Shown one piece after another: positions 1 to 10,040 of a DNA stretch of 64,000 nucleotides. The first letter of the stretch is position 1. The number at the start of each line of letters is the position of its first letter. Source of the stretch: Escherichia coli 042. GTDB lineage: Bacteria > Pseudomonadota > Gammaproteobacteria > Enterobacterales > Enterobacteriaceae. A program made the position numbers and the translations under genes. The notes below the pieces were generated by a model that saw only the letters and a list, made by a program, of their open reading frames with translations, was not told the DNA's origin and did not search any database. The DNA lies in assembly GCF_000027125.1 (NCBI RefSeq), contig NC_017626.1; one strand, written 5' to 3'.

Positions 1-10
1 TTACTGCCTC

Positions 11-2320
11 ATGGAGTTATGGATATTTATAGTAGCTATTTATTTGATTTATATTCTTTTTTTCAAAAAGAAGAAAACTAAGTCCGCGGGCTCTTATACT
101 TCCGCTCCTGTGAAAGCACCACCTAAAGAATGGCTTGCTAACAACAAAAAAAATCAGTCTGTAATGCAAAACGAGGACAGCGAAGATGACAATCTGGCTA
201 CGTTTACACTAAGTGGCGGGCGGAATGTCGAATACAGCATAACAGCCACTCAACGCCAGAATTTCTCAAAAACTACCGGTGCTTTGGCTCGTTGGATTTT
301 TCCGGGAGAGATGATCACAGTCAGTGGGATAGAGGTTACCGGCGGTCACTTCTATCTTGGGCAGCGTATGAAACCTGCCGGGCATAACTCAGGCGGTTAT
401 TATGATGGCAATAACGAGGCATCGCTAGTTGACGACACGCTTAAAATATACCCCACACCTTACATTTACGAAGATAGTTCATTAGGGTATTGGCCCAGTT
501 TTTCCTCACTTTCACCTGAAGCTCGTGGTGCGTACCTGAGTTGGCTTGCCAGCGACAGATGCGACACTTCCTGCCCAATTGGTTACGTTTTCATTTATCT
601 GTATGGTCTGGAAAGAAGGGCGCTTGTTGACAGCAGGGACAACAATATATCCGACGATGAGTTCTATTCTCTTTTCAAAGAGATCTGCCGTCTCAGATCG
701 GTTTTCAATGAAAACCGATCTTTCCGGAATTACTCATCCCAGTTACTTGAAGCGATGTCCATTCTTCGTCCGAACGAAAATCTTGCAGCAGCTCTCAACG
801 ATGATTCGGAGTTCAGCAATAGCATGCAGTTCAGGTTAATCCTGGCAAAGACTGTTGATACAGGAGCCCCGGTTCCAGCGGATCTGGCTCTGACGTGGGT
901 GACAAACCATGCTGAATACTCATTACGAACCCCCGCCCGCCGCTGTGCGAAAGAATTTGCTGCACTATTTAAACGGCGTTACACCCTTAAATACGGTGAA
1001 GGGATGGTAGTGAAGCCGAATAAAGCGCGTCTGCGTTTAGATTACACGCCTGCAAGTCCCAGTTTGCGAGGTATTCGGCTTCCTGTTCCCGACTTGCCTG
1101 ATCCAGGTGCATTGAAAGGCCCTGTTCAGAAGCTTATGGCCATTGCCGATATATGCACAGGTGAACTGGATGCTTACAGTCGTTACCTTGGTAGAAAAGG
1201 TACTTCAGCAAATGATACCGCTGCAATTTTGTTGCTGCCTTCAGAAATCGTTAACGAAAGCGCAGAAAAAATATTAAGTACATTCAAACACTGGGCTGAT
1301 GACGCAATCCGCAGTAAGGGTGGGATAGTTTCAGTTGCTGACTACTGGTCACATATGAATGCCACCTGTCCGGCGAAGATCAATAAAAAAGAGGCCGACT
1401 TAATGCAAGCCTTTGCACAGAAAATGGGATACTGTCTGGCTCCTGACCCCTATCACCACCACGTAAAGGCAGATGTCGATGGTGTACTTGTTTTATTCCC
1501 TGCTGGTGAAAGAGGACGTTTCTCACCTTCTCCTGAATTTATCACAGCTGTATTGACGCTCCGATTAGGTTCGGTAGTCGCCTTGATTGACAATTCTCTC
1601 GATCAAGCCGAACAGAAAGTGCTTGAGAATGCCATCAACAACAATGCCAGCTTCAGCGATGATGAAAAGCGCTCTCTGCACGCATATTTAACGTGGCAGC
1701 TTCATACTCCGGCGAATATGACGGGAATGAAAAGCCGGATTGAATTACTCGGTGCAGCGGAAAAATCAGCTGTGGGTAAGGTTATCGTTAGTGTCGCTTG
1801 CTCTGACGGCAGAATTACGCCTGCCGAAATCAAACAGCTTGAGAAGATTTATACAAGCCTGGGACTGGATCCCTCATCCGTATCAAGCAATATCCATCAG
1901 CATTCCGCAACTGAAACTGCTCTCGTTTCATCTGTACCAGCTAATCAGTCGACGGCAGGGTTTACGCTGGATGCCAACGTACTTGCCCGCCACGAATCTG
2001 CCACTGATGATGTTCGTAAATTACTGAACTCAATTTTCACTGAAGAAGAACCAGAACAACCAGAAAGCGCTCCAGCCTCATTAACCGGGGAAGGGGGACT
2101 TGACTCCGCTCATAGCCAACTTTATCGCAGGTTGCTGGAGAAAGAACAATGGTCCAGAAAAGAGGCGACAGAGTTGTGTAGTAACTGGAACCTGATGCTC
2201 GGCGGTGCGCTTGAGGTGATTAACGATTGGTCCTATGCGGTGGTTGATGCACCAGTGCTGGAAGATGCTGATGATCACATTTGGATTGACCTGGAAATAG
2301 CCAAAGAATTAGAGGGTTAG
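11..2320 (+). CDS. Large protein with N-terminal hydrophobic helix; candidate SngA-like (TerB-N/TerB-C type) first gene of a Shango-like operon
   Basis: 769-aa ORF, ATG at position 11; stop is 4 bp before the next gene start. N-terminus MELWIFIVAIYLIYILFF is a predicted TM helix. TerB domain assignment is from recalled architecture, not a computed domain hit. Confidence 0.5.
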   Translation: MELWIFIVAIYLIYILFFKKKKTKSAGSYTSAPVKAPPKEWLANNKKNQSVMQNEDSEDDNLATFTLSGGRNVEYSITATQRQNFSKTTGALARWIFPGEMITVSGIEVTGGHFYLGQRMKPAGHNSGGYYDGNNEASLVDDTLKIYPTPYIYEDSSLGYWPSFSSLSPEARGAYLSWLASDRCDTSCPIGYVFIYLYGLERRALVDSRDNNISDDEFYSLFKEICRLRSVFNENRSFRNYSSQLLEAMSILRPNENLAAALNDDSEFSNSMQFRLILAKTVDTGAPVPADLALTWVTNHAEYSLRTPARRCAKEFAALFKRRYTLKYGEGMVVKPNKARLRLDYTPASPSLRGIRLPVPDLPDPGALKGPVQKLMAIADICTGELDAYSRYLGRKGTSANDTAAILLLPSEIVNESAEKILSTFKHWADDAIRSKGGIVSVADYWSHMNATCPAKINKKEADLMQAFAQKMGYCLAPDPYHHHVKADVDGVLVLFPAGERGRFSPSPEFITAVLTLRLGSVVALIDNSLDQAEQKVLENAINNNASFSDDEKRSLHAYLTWQLHTPANMTGMKSRIELLGAAEKSAVGKVIVSVACSDGRITPAEIKQLEKIYTSLGLDPSSVSSNIHQHSATETALVSSVPANQSTAGFTLDANVLARHESATDDVRKLLNSIFTEEEPEQPESAPASLTGEGGLDSAHSQLYRRLLEKEQWSRKEATELCSNWNLMLGGALEVINDWSYAVVDAPVLEDADDHIWIDLEIAKELEG

Positions 2321-2323
2321 TGA

Positions 2324-3640
2324 ATGTCTGTAACACGTATAAGAGTGAAAGAGCGCGACGCTATCATTCAGTCACTTAAGTCGGGAGTAACGCCAAGAAT
2401 AGGTATTCAGCATATCCAGGTTGGCCGCGTGAATGAGATAACCGCCCTCCATCAGGATATTGAACGGATTGCTGATGGCGGGGCAAGCTTCAGACTTATC
2501 ATTGGTGAGTACGGTTCCGGGAAAACATTCTTTTTAAGTGTTGTACGGTCTATTGCGTTAGAGAAGAAGCTGGTCACGGTCAGTGCAGACCTTTCTCCCG
2601 ACAGACGTATCCACTCATCGGGAGGTCAGGCTCGTAATCTCTACTCAGAGCTTATGAAAAATATGTCCACCAGAAACAAACCAGATGGCAATGCATTACT
2701 TAGCGTTGTGGAAAGGTTTGTTACTGAGGCAAGGAAGGAAGCTGATGCGAACGGCTCCCTGGTCTCATCCGTTATTCATAAACGCCTTGCTGCTTTGTCA
2801 GATATGGTGGGAGGATATGACTTTGCGAAGGTCATTGACGCATTCTGGCGCGGGCATGAGCAGGATAACGAAACCTTAAAATCCAATGCTATTCGCTGGT
2901 TGCGGGGCGAGTACACCACAAAAACTGATGCCCGTAATGATCTTGACGTCCGAACGATTATCTCAGACGCCTCGTTCTATGATTCTTTGAAGTTGATGAG
3001 CCTTTTTGTCCGTCAGGCAGGCTATGCCGGACTTTTAGTTAGCCTCGACGAGATGGTGAACCTCTTCAAGTTGAATAATACGCAAGCGAGAACGGCCAAC
3101 TACGAACAAATTTTGCGGATTCTGAATGACTGCCTGCAAGGCTCCGCCGAAAATATTGGTTTTATCCTCGGGGGGACGCCAGAATTTCTTTTCGATCCAC
3201 GTAAGGGGCTCTACAGCTATGAAGCGCTCCAGTCGCGTCTGGCAGAAAACCGATTCGCACAGAAAGCTGGCGTGATTGACTACTCGTCCCCCACGCTGCA
3301 TCTTGCCAGCCTCACTCCTGAGGAACTGTATATTTTACTGAAAAACCTTCGTCATGTTTATGCTGGTGGAGATCCCGTAAATTATCTGGTGCCAGATGAT
3401 GCTCTGACCGGGTTTCTGCATCACTGCAGCAAAACCATCGGAGATGCTTACTTTCGAACTCCCCGCAATACCATAAAAGGTTTTCTGGATATGCTGGCTG
3501 TGCTGGAACAAAACAGAACGATGAACTGGCAACCCCTCATTGAGGGGGTGGCGATTGAAGAAGACAAGCTCAGCGATATGGATGATGCCATTGTGGAGGA
3601 AAGTGATGACGATGATGGCCTGGCGAATTTCAGATTATGA
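2324..3640 (+). CDS. P-loop NTPase (Walker A GEYGSGKT, Walker B-like LLVSLDEM); candidate SngB-like ATPase
   Basis: 438-aa ORF with clear Walker A motif; stop overlaps the downstream helicase start (ATGA overlap at 3637-3640), implying translational coupling. Confidence 0.6.
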   Translation: MSVTRIRVKERDAIIQSLKSGVTPRIGIQHIQVGRVNEITALHQDIERIADGGASFRLIIGEYGSGKTFFLSVVRSIALEKKLVTVSADLSPDRRIHSSGGQARNLYSELMKNMSTRNKPDGNALLSVVERFVTEARKEADANGSLVSSVIHKRLAALSDMVGGYDFAKVIDAFWRGHEQDNETLKSNAIRWLRGEYTTKTDARNDLDVRTIISDASFYDSLKLMSLFVRQAGYAGLLVSLDEMVNLFKLNNTQARTANYEQILRILNDCLQGSAENIGFILGGTPEFLFDPRKGLYSYEALQSRLAENRFAQKAGVIDYSSPTLHLASLTPEELYILLKNLRHVYAGGDPVNYLVPDDALTGFLHHCSKTIGDAYFRTPRNTIKGFLDMLAVLEQNRTMNWQPLIEGVAIEEDKLSDMDDAIVEESDDDDGLANFRL

Positions 3641-5835
3641 GTAGTGCCTACAATAGTCTTGATCCCCGTGTCCGTAAGTGGGTTTATAAGCAGGGCTGGT
3701 CATCCTTAAGGCCCTTGCAGGAAAGCTCTATTCCGGCAATTTTAGCCCGTGATCGTGATGTACTAATTAGTGCAGGTACAGCTGCGGGTAAAACAGAGGC
3801 TTTCTTTCTTCCTGCCTGTTCAGCGATTGCAGATCTCACTGGTGGATTTGGCATTATCTATATCAGTCCATTGAAGGCATTAATTAACGATCAACACCGT
3901 CGTCTTGAGAGTCTTGGTGAAGCCCTGGAAATGCAAGTGACGCCCTGGCACGGGGATGTACCACAAAGCAAAAAGAAGAAAGCACGGACAACCCCTTCTG
4001 GCATCTTACTTATCACACCTGAATCACTTGAGTCTTTGCTCATAAACTCATTGGGTTGGCTCAAACAGGCGTTTTCTTCTGTGGCATACATTGTTATTGA
4101 TGAGTTCCATGCTTTTATTGGCTCAGAGCGTGGTATACAGCTGCTTTCTCTGCTTAACAGAATTGACCATGTGCTGGGACGCCAGTTGAATCCAGTTCCC
4201 CGTGTCGCGTTGAGTGCCACACTGGGAGAGCTGGAAAAAGTACCAGAACTATTGCGCCCGGATAAGAGATTACCTTGTGAAACGGTAACAGACAGTAATA
4301 GCAAAGCCACAATACAGGTTCAGGTTAAAGGTTATCTTGAGCGGGTGCCCGAAAAAGGAAAAGAGCTCCAGAGCTCTGCTGAACAGCTCGTCTGCGCGGA
4401 TATTTTCAGGCTCTGCCGTGGCGATTCCCACCTAGTCTTTGCTAACAGTCGAAAGCGTACTGAAAGCATAGCGGCAACACTGAGCGACATGTGTGAAGCA
4501 AATGTCGTTCCTAATGAATTCTTTCCTCATCATGGTTCCCTTGCAAGGGAGTTGCGTGAGGCGCTTGAAGCCCGACTGCAGAAAGGGAATTTGCCCACAA
4601 CCGCTGTTTGTACAATGACTCTGGAGCTGGGTATTGATATTGGTAAGGTGCAGTCTGTCATACAAGTGACACCTCCGCATTCTGTTTCCAGTCTGCGTCA
4701 ACGCATGGGACGTTCAGGGCGGCGCGATTCCCCATCGGTGCTGAGAATGTTAATTACTGAACCTGAACTTACCGCAACCAGCAGCATTGTGGATCATTTA
4801 CGGCTGCAGTTGGTTCAGGCGATGGCAATGATCAGGTTGATGATCTCTAAGCGCTGGTTCGAGCCTGCAGATATCCGGCAGAAACATTACTCCACACTAC
4901 TACACCAGATCTTGGCTATTACTGCGCAATGGGGAGGTGTTCGTGCCGATCAGCTCTGGTCACAACTTTGCCAGACAGGTCCGTTCCGGAATGTGGATAT
5001 AAATGACTTCAAAAGTCTGCTTAAACATATGGGGACATGTGGCCTGCTCACTCAACTAACCAGCGGTGAAATAGTTGTCGGGGCTGAGGGGGAGAAACTG
5101 ACTAATCACTACACGTTTTATACCGTATTCAATACACCTGAGGAGTTTCGCATTGTAACGGGAAACCGAACTCTTGGCACAGTGCCTGTAGACTCCCCAC
5201 TTTTGCCGGAGCAGCACATCATCTTCGGCGGACGGCGCTGGAAAGTGACAGAGATCGAGGTTGAAAAAAAGGTTATCTATGTTGAGACGACTAAAGGCGG
5301 TCAGCCGCCACTATTCAGTGGTAGCGGGATGTCTGTTCATGATGTTGTTCGCCAGGAAATGCTCACTATCTACAGGGAAAATGATTACCGTATCGCGGTA
5401 GGCAACAAGAGAGTCGATTATGCTGATGCCGCAGCCAGAAGCCTCTTCGCGGAAGGAAGTGACAACTTCCAACGCTACAATCTACAAAATGACTGTTTTA
5501 TTGCCAGTGGTCAGAACTGCTACGTGATCCCGTGGATGGGGGATAAAATTGTCAATACAATTACGTCCCTGCTTATACGTTGTGGCTTTAAAGCCAGTTC
5601 ATTTGCAGGTGTGATAGAGGTAGAGGACTCAGGCGTTGCCTCTGTCCAGCGTGCACTTAAGAAAATGCTATTGTCGGGGCTACCTTCAGAGTTTGAGCTT
5701 GCTGCAGTTGTTCCCGACAAGTATCTGGATAAATATGACGAGTATTTACCAGAGACTTTGCTTGCTAAAGGGTATGGGGCACAGGCGTATGATATAGAAG
5801 GAACGTGCATCTGGCTGCAGAAACACCTTCAGTAG
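3637..5835 (+). CDS. DExH-box superfamily 2 helicase with ~300-aa C-terminal extension; candidate SngC-like helicase
   Basis: 732-aa ORF with Q-motif/motif I (SAGTAAGKTEAF), motif II (VIDEFHAF), motif III (LSATLG) and helicase-C motif (QRMGRSGR). Confidence 0.7.
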   Translation: MSSAYNSLDPRVRKWVYKQGWSSLRPLQESSIPAILARDRDVLISAGTAAGKTEAFFLPACSAIADLTGGFGIIYISPLKALINDQHRRLESLGEALEMQVTPWHGDVPQSKKKKARTTPSGILLITPESLESLLINSLGWLKQAFSSVAYIVIDEFHAFIGSERGIQLLSLLNRIDHVLGRQLNPVPRVALSATLGELEKVPELLRPDKRLPCETVTDSNSKATIQVQVKGYLERVPEKGKELQSSAEQLVCADIFRLCRGDSHLVFANSRKRTESIAATLSDMCEANVVPNEFFPHHGSLARELREALEARLQKGNLPTTAVCTMTLELGIDIGKVQSVIQVTPPHSVSSLRQRMGRSGRRDSPSVLRMLITEPELTATSSIVDHLRLQLVQAMAMIRLMISKRWFEPADIRQKHYSTLLHQILAITAQWGGVRADQLWSQLCQTGPFRNVDINDFKSLLKHMGTCGLLTQLTSGEIVVGAEGEKLTNHYTFYTVFNTPEEFRIVTGNRTLGTVPVDSPLLPEQHIIFGGRRWKVTEIEVEKKVIYVETTKGGQPPLFSGSGMSVHDVVRQEMLTIYRENDYRIAVGNKRVDYADAAARSLFAEGSDNFQRYNLQNDCFIASGQNCYVIPWMGDKIVNTITSLLIRCGFKASSFAGVIEVEDSGVASVQRALKKMLLSGLPSEFELAAVVPDKYLDKYDEYLPETLLAKGYGAQAYDIEGTCIWLQKHLQ

Positions 5836-5851
5836 ACTGGATATGTAGTCA

Positions 5852-5884
5852 GGGTATAAATAAGTATTTATACCCTTATTTTTT
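5852..5884. terminator. Rho-independent terminator between the convergent helicase gene and the minus-strand cassette
   Basis: Perfect 11-bp inverted repeat gggtataaata / tatttataccc with a 2-nt loop, followed by ttatttttt. Confidence 0.5.
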
Positions 5885-6206
5885 ACTTACCTGTGGACTT
5901 ACTTGGCTTTAATCCCGGAGTATTGCCAGGAGTATCTTTATTATCGCGTCGGCGTTGATCCGGTTTTCCTGTTGACTTAGCAATTGGTTTTGGACCTGGT
6001 TTTAGACCCATGATAGTTATCCTTCGAGATGTAAGAGGAATGCCCTCAACATTGGTATATTCTATACTGAGAAATTTTTCAATGGGAATGTTCAACGGCC
6101 GAATGATTAACTCGATATTGTGAGCAATGTCTTTTTTTGGCACAGAGCGAACCGTTAGATTGCGCGTATTTTTATGGAAGGAGATCATCCAATAACGGTT
6201 ATTCAC
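5883..6206 (-). CDS. Hypothetical ORF (low-complexity, Pro/Lys-rich C-terminus); possibly a gene remnant
   Basis: 107-aa ORF; 5' end region (MISFHKNT) carries one copy of a 25-bp repeat also found at 10940-10964; 3' end overlaps the terminator T-tract. Confidence 0.25.
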   Translation of the reverse strand: MNNRYWMISFHKNTRNLTVRSVPKKDIAHNIELIIRPLNIPIEKFLSIEYTNVEGIPLTSRRITIMGLKPGPKPIAKSTGKPDQRRRDNKDTPGNTPGLKPSKSTGK

Positions 6207-6270
6207 CGATCTCCTTTATGGTAATACGAACCTGTTTTTTTAATATATAGAAAAATTACTCCGACATGTT

Positions 6271-6915
6271 TTATCTTTTTGAAATCAGGACATTTACCAA
6301 CTCACTTAAAACTCTCTTTTGTTCTTCATCCTGAAGATATTGAATCCGGAATTTAATCTCTTCTGCAACCCGCCTTGTATCGGACTCATTAAGTATTTTT
6401 GTTATTCGCTGTCTCTGATGTTCAGGCTGGTCTTCCATATTTCGTAAAACCAGATGAAATAATATATCATAAAGTGCGCAATGCCATGAATAACCATCAT
6501 TGGTTAGAATAAGCTCCCAAACCCGCTCCTGTTCGGCAATAAGCTGCAGAACAAAGGATTCAACCTGTTCTGATTGTCCGGGGACAACCCGGTATAGCGG
6601 CGCAATCACAGCAAAAAACAGTTCATTTAGCCAGGATTCCGCCTCTTTCTCGCTCCTGAAAGATGGACAGTTCTGTATTCTTCGTTCGTATTCACGGGTA
6701 ACCTGCTCCGGAATATCCTCCGGCGGTGTCAGCCACTTATTCCTGAGCAATATACTGGTTGACGGATGGCAGCAGGCTATTTCAGCAATAATTTCACGTA
6801 ATGCCTCCGGGCTGAATTTCTTCAGCTGATTGTAGTGCTCCCGGGTAAAACCATGATCATCGCATAAAAGTTGCCATGTCATTGATATACTGTTTGCCAT
6901 TCCTTTCTTCATCAT
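6271..6915 (-). CDS. Hypothetical protein, last gene of the ibrAB-containing cassette
   Basis: 214-aa ORF co-directional with and 20 bp downstream of the PerC-like ORF; no family recognised by eye. Confidence 0.45.
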   Translation of the reverse strand: MMKKGMANSISMTWQLLCDDHGFTREHYNQLKKFSPEALREIIAEIACCHPSTSILLRNKWLTPPEDIPEQVTREYERRIQNCPSFRSEKEAESWLNELFFAVIAPLYRVVPGQSEQVESFVLQLIAEQERVWELILTNDGYSWHCALYDILFHLVLRNMEDQPEHQRQRITKILNESDTRRVAEEIKFRIQYLQDEEQKRVLSELVNVLISKR

Positions 6916-6935
6916 TAATACCTGTTACCTGAATA

Positions 6936-7244
6936 TCAACAGACCGGTGTACCTTTTCTGAATACCTCCCCGGACGGACTGGCAATCCCCATTCGCCTCA
7001 GCGTGGCATCTGCAGCTTTCGCCACTTCGCTGATATCCAGCTTTTCAGGTAGCGGCGGGGACGATATCTGCGCCAGGCAATAATTCCTGCGCAACAACAA
7101 CCACTCCCGTTGTGCTTCTGTACATTCAACATTTCCCATAACAAAAAGCCAGCGGGCGGAAGCTCTGCGCCAGCAACCCGCAGCCTCCAGCTTCTGTGCA
7201 ACCATGTCTTCCACGACTTCCGGGGTACTCTTTTTCCTGCTCAA
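6936..7244 (-). CDS. Small PerC-like putative transcriptional regulator
   Basis: 102-aa ORF; segment LEAAGCWRRASARWLFVM resembles the PerC/Pch family core as recalled. 40 bp downstream of the ibrB-like gene. Confidence 0.4.
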   Translation of the reverse strand: MSRKKSTPEVVEDMVAQKLEAAGCWRRASARWLFVMGNVECTEAQREWLLLRRNYCLAQISSPPLPEKLDISEVAKAADATLRRMGIASPSGEVFRKGTPVC

Positions 7245-7283
7245 AACATTAACTCACTGAAATAATATACATATATGACGGTC

Positions 7284-7922
7284 TCAGCGAACCGTCCATG
7301 CCGGACTGAAATCCTCTTCCAGAAACAGCTCCGTCAGCCCGCTAATCTGTTTCAACCTGAGAACTTCATCCTGGTCCATACCCAGCTCCGTACCAATACG
7401 TTCATCCGTCCAGCCCAGCCGCGACAGGTCCCTGACAATATCAGACATTGAAGTTATCTGGTGCTTCCCCCTGGCCCGGTTATGTCTAATGGTTGCAGCA
7501 ATACGTGAGGCCTGTCCCTTTCTTTCCGGATTAATACAGGTCACTGGCAACCAGCCCTTCAGGCGTTTTCCCGTACCTGCTTCCCTGCCCAGTAATTGAC
7601 GATGAAAACCATCCACGACCAGATAATGCTCCTTCTCTTCCGAGACAACCACAGGCTGCGTGAACCCATCCTGCTCCAGTGAATGTTTCAGCAGTTTCTT
7701 CTCACCCGGCGCCATGACATTGGGGTTATAATCGTTGGCCACCACCTCATCTGCTTTCACCCACAGCACACAGTCCACAGGCTCCTGTGCAAATGGACTG
7801 ACCTCATGAAGCACCCTGCGCAGATGATTCAGGGCCTGTATGGCCTCTTCTTCTGGTCGTTCCTGGCTGAAGTACTGACGAATCATGTTGCTCAGTATCT
7901 CCGGTGTCACAGAATCCCCCAT
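7284..7922 (-). CDS. ibrB: ParB/Srx-fold (ParB-like nuclease domain) protein, IbrB-like
   Basis: 212-aa ORF with a ParB-like core (YLVVDGFHRQ); start overlaps the upstream ibrA-like stop by 16 bp. Confidence 0.7.
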   Translation of the reverse strand: MGDSVTPEILSNMIRQYFSQERPEEEAIQALNHLRRVLHEVSPFAQEPVDCVLWVKADEVVANDYNPNVMAPGEKKLLKHSLEQDGFTQPVVVSEEKEHYLVVDGFHRQLLGREAGTGKRLKGWLPVTCINPERKGQASRIAATIRHNRARGKHQITSMSDIVRDLSRLGWTDERIGTELGMDQDEVLRLKQISGLTELFLEEDFSPAWTVR

Positions 7923-9139
7923 TCCTTCCTCCTTTCTTTCATACGCTGCAGATAACGTTCATAGTGCCGGGGTTTGTTCGGACTGAAGGAGAGGGTACGG
8001 CACCAGAAATCATTCTTTATGAGAGTCTTACAGATACGTCGCCAGGACGGAATATCCCGGCTCCCCAAGTCATTCTCCTGTTCATCCGGGATGTCATCCG
8101 GGAAGCCCCGCGTCTGATACCAGCGCAGATAGACAGCTATCTTGTTGCGGTAATGTTCTGCCGTTCTTTCCGGCATCACATCCAGCAGAAACATCGCATA
8201 GCTGCGCCAGGTATGATGGGCTGGTTTTGATATGCGCTTACGCAGGGCAAAATAAGCCCCGCTTTCATTGGCATAAAGTGCCCCGCTGGCAGCCCCTGAC
8301 ACCCGCTCACACATCCTGGCCCAGGTTTCCGGCTCCAGAACATGGTAAAGCCACAGTCCCTTACGTTGTTCAGGACCAAAAGGTTCACAGACACGCATGT
8401 TGCGTAACGGTACGCCGGCACGGTACATCAGGTCATACAGGGGATTGTAGATGGCACGGGTTCTGGTGTGATATATCCAGATATCACGAGTTTTCCAGTC
8501 ATACAGCGGATACATGGTGTAGTAAAACCCTTCAGGCGATGCCGTGGTCCAGGGCTTATCATCGGCGTATCTCAGTTTGCGCTGGGATACCAGTCCCATG
8601 AACCGGTTAAGGGACTCATCCGCACGGACACCGGTCAGTACTGCCACACCACATTTATTGTCTGCAAACCAGGAAGAAAATGCCGGAACAAATTCTTCAA
8701 ACGTCATGGCATACCGGTAAAAGGGAAAATACGCCATATCTGTAATGGCCCCCTCCGGTGGCTGGCGAACCCACTTCACACCAGACTCCCAGCATATCCA
8801 CTCCGGCTGAAACTGAGAAACACCGTTTACCGTGGTCAGGGGAAGTGCCACCCAGTAAAAGGTTTCCGTCACATCATGGTACATTTCCCGCATCTTCTGA
8901 ATATGTTCAATGGTGCACTGGTACTGAGCCTCCCAGTCAATGAACAGTACAGAGAAACGACGTTTTTTCCTGCGGGCCACATCAGCCAAAAGATGGAAAA
9001 GCACGGTGGAATCTTTACCACCGGAAAAAGAGAGACAAACTGATGGAAATGTTTCAAAAATCCACTCAATACGAGCAATTGCTGCACGCAGAACATTCTC
9101 TCCAGTAAGGACTTTCTCCGTTAAAAAATTATCATTCAT
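7907..9139 (-). CDS. ibrA: PAPS reductase-family PP-loop ATP-pyrophosphatase-like protein, IbrA-like
   Basis: 410-aa ORF with PP-loop motif SFSGGKDST near the N-terminus; size and pairing with a ParB-like gene match the ibrA/ibrB pair. Confidence 0.75.
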   Translation of the reverse strand: MNDNFLTEKVLTGENVLRAAIARIEWIFETFPSVCLSFSGGKDSTVLFHLLADVARRKKRRFSVLFIDWEAQYQCTIEHIQKMREMYHDVTETFYWVALPLTTVNGVSQFQPEWICWESGVKWVRQPPEGAITDMAYFPFYRYAMTFEEFVPAFSSWFADNKCGVAVLTGVRADESLNRFMGLVSQRKLRYADDKPWTTASPEGFYYTMYPLYDWKTRDIWIYHTRTRAIYNPLYDLMYRAGVPLRNMRVCEPFGPEQRKGLWLYHVLEPETWARMCERVSGAASGALYANESGAYFALRKRISKPAHHTWRSYAMFLLDVMPERTAEHYRNKIAVYLRWYQTRGFPDDIPDEQENDLGSRDIPSWRRICKTLIKNDFWCRTLSFSPNKPRHYERYLQRMKERRKEWGIL

Positions 9140-9279
9140 TTATTTTTACTTTATGCAAAAGAAACCTGTTTATGCTTTCAACATATAGCAACAAACATTA
9201 AATGACGTTTAATTAGCCACTACTAAAATTGCTTACTTTCATCCTGATGAACATATAAAACATATTACAAACATATTTA

Positions 9280-9987
9280 TCAATAAAGAATCTTTATTGA
9301 TGATACTGGCACTGTAACAATCCCATTGAGAGAACGATTTATAACCACCCACTCATGTGGTTCAACCAACCAGGAGTTTACATGTTTTGAATCAATAAAA
9401 TCATGGCAATATAATATATCTGAAGCAGGTATATCCAACTCCAGTTTAACACGTCCGTGATATTCATCCGCATCATTAAAAGAATTCAATATATCCATCT
9501 CAAAAGAAATCACATCCTCCCCTCTTATCTCTGCTGTTTCTTTTAACTCAGCAATCGTATCTGCATACCTGCCATTAAGTTTCCTGCCTAACTGGATAGT
9601 TGTGATTTTCTTTTCGTTGCAGCATCGCTGAGTATGTTCATATATAGCCATCACTTCCTGGCAAATACAATCAACTTCTATATCACTCAAAGAATTATAT
9701 ATGTCCATAACTTTTCTCTCATAATGCAAAAAAAGATTAAATATACGATAATGAGAGAGCAAATCAGAATTTGTTACTTTCGTTAAGAATAAAGTTAATA
9801 AAACATAACCTACCTGTTTACTACCATTAAACCCAATAAAATCACTTCTCACATCTCCTTTCAATCTACCAGTTCCGATACAACGAGCTAACAATTCACT
9901 CCTGACATTATATTTACCATTCATATTCACCATACTATTCGAAACAACAGACGAACATCCAAAAGCGCTTAAACACTCCACAAACAA
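9280..9987 (-). CDS. Hypothetical protein (AT-rich gene upstream of ibrA)
   Basis: 235-aa ORF, markedly lower GC than ibrA; no recognisable motifs. Confidence 0.4.
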   Translation of the reverse strand: MFVECLSAFGCSSVVSNSMVNMNGKYNVRSELLARCIGTGRLKGDVRSDFIGFNGSKQVGYVLLTLFLTKVTNSDLLSHYRIFNLFLHYERKVMDIYNSLSDIEVDCICQEVMAIYEHTQRCCNEKKITTIQLGRKLNGRYADTIAELKETAEIRGEDVISFEMDILNSFNDADEYHGRVKLELDIPASDILYCHDFIDSKHVNSWLVEPHEWVVINRSLNGIVTVPVSSIKILY

Positions 9988-10040
9988 ACTATCTCACCGA
10001 ATAAATTGCAACACTCCCCTTACCCCACATCCTAAAGGCT

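Noticed and set aside
546-5810. Short ORFs nested inside or antisense to the three Shango-like genes (for example 546..839, 3891..4310, 5520..5810)
   Set aside because: They are fully contained within long, motif-supported coding regions and have no independent support.
9272-9290. Palindrome tcaataaaga/tctttattga overlapping the stop of the 235-aa ORF, considered as a terminator
   Set aside because: Short AT-only stem with no following T-tract on the relevant strand; not convincing.
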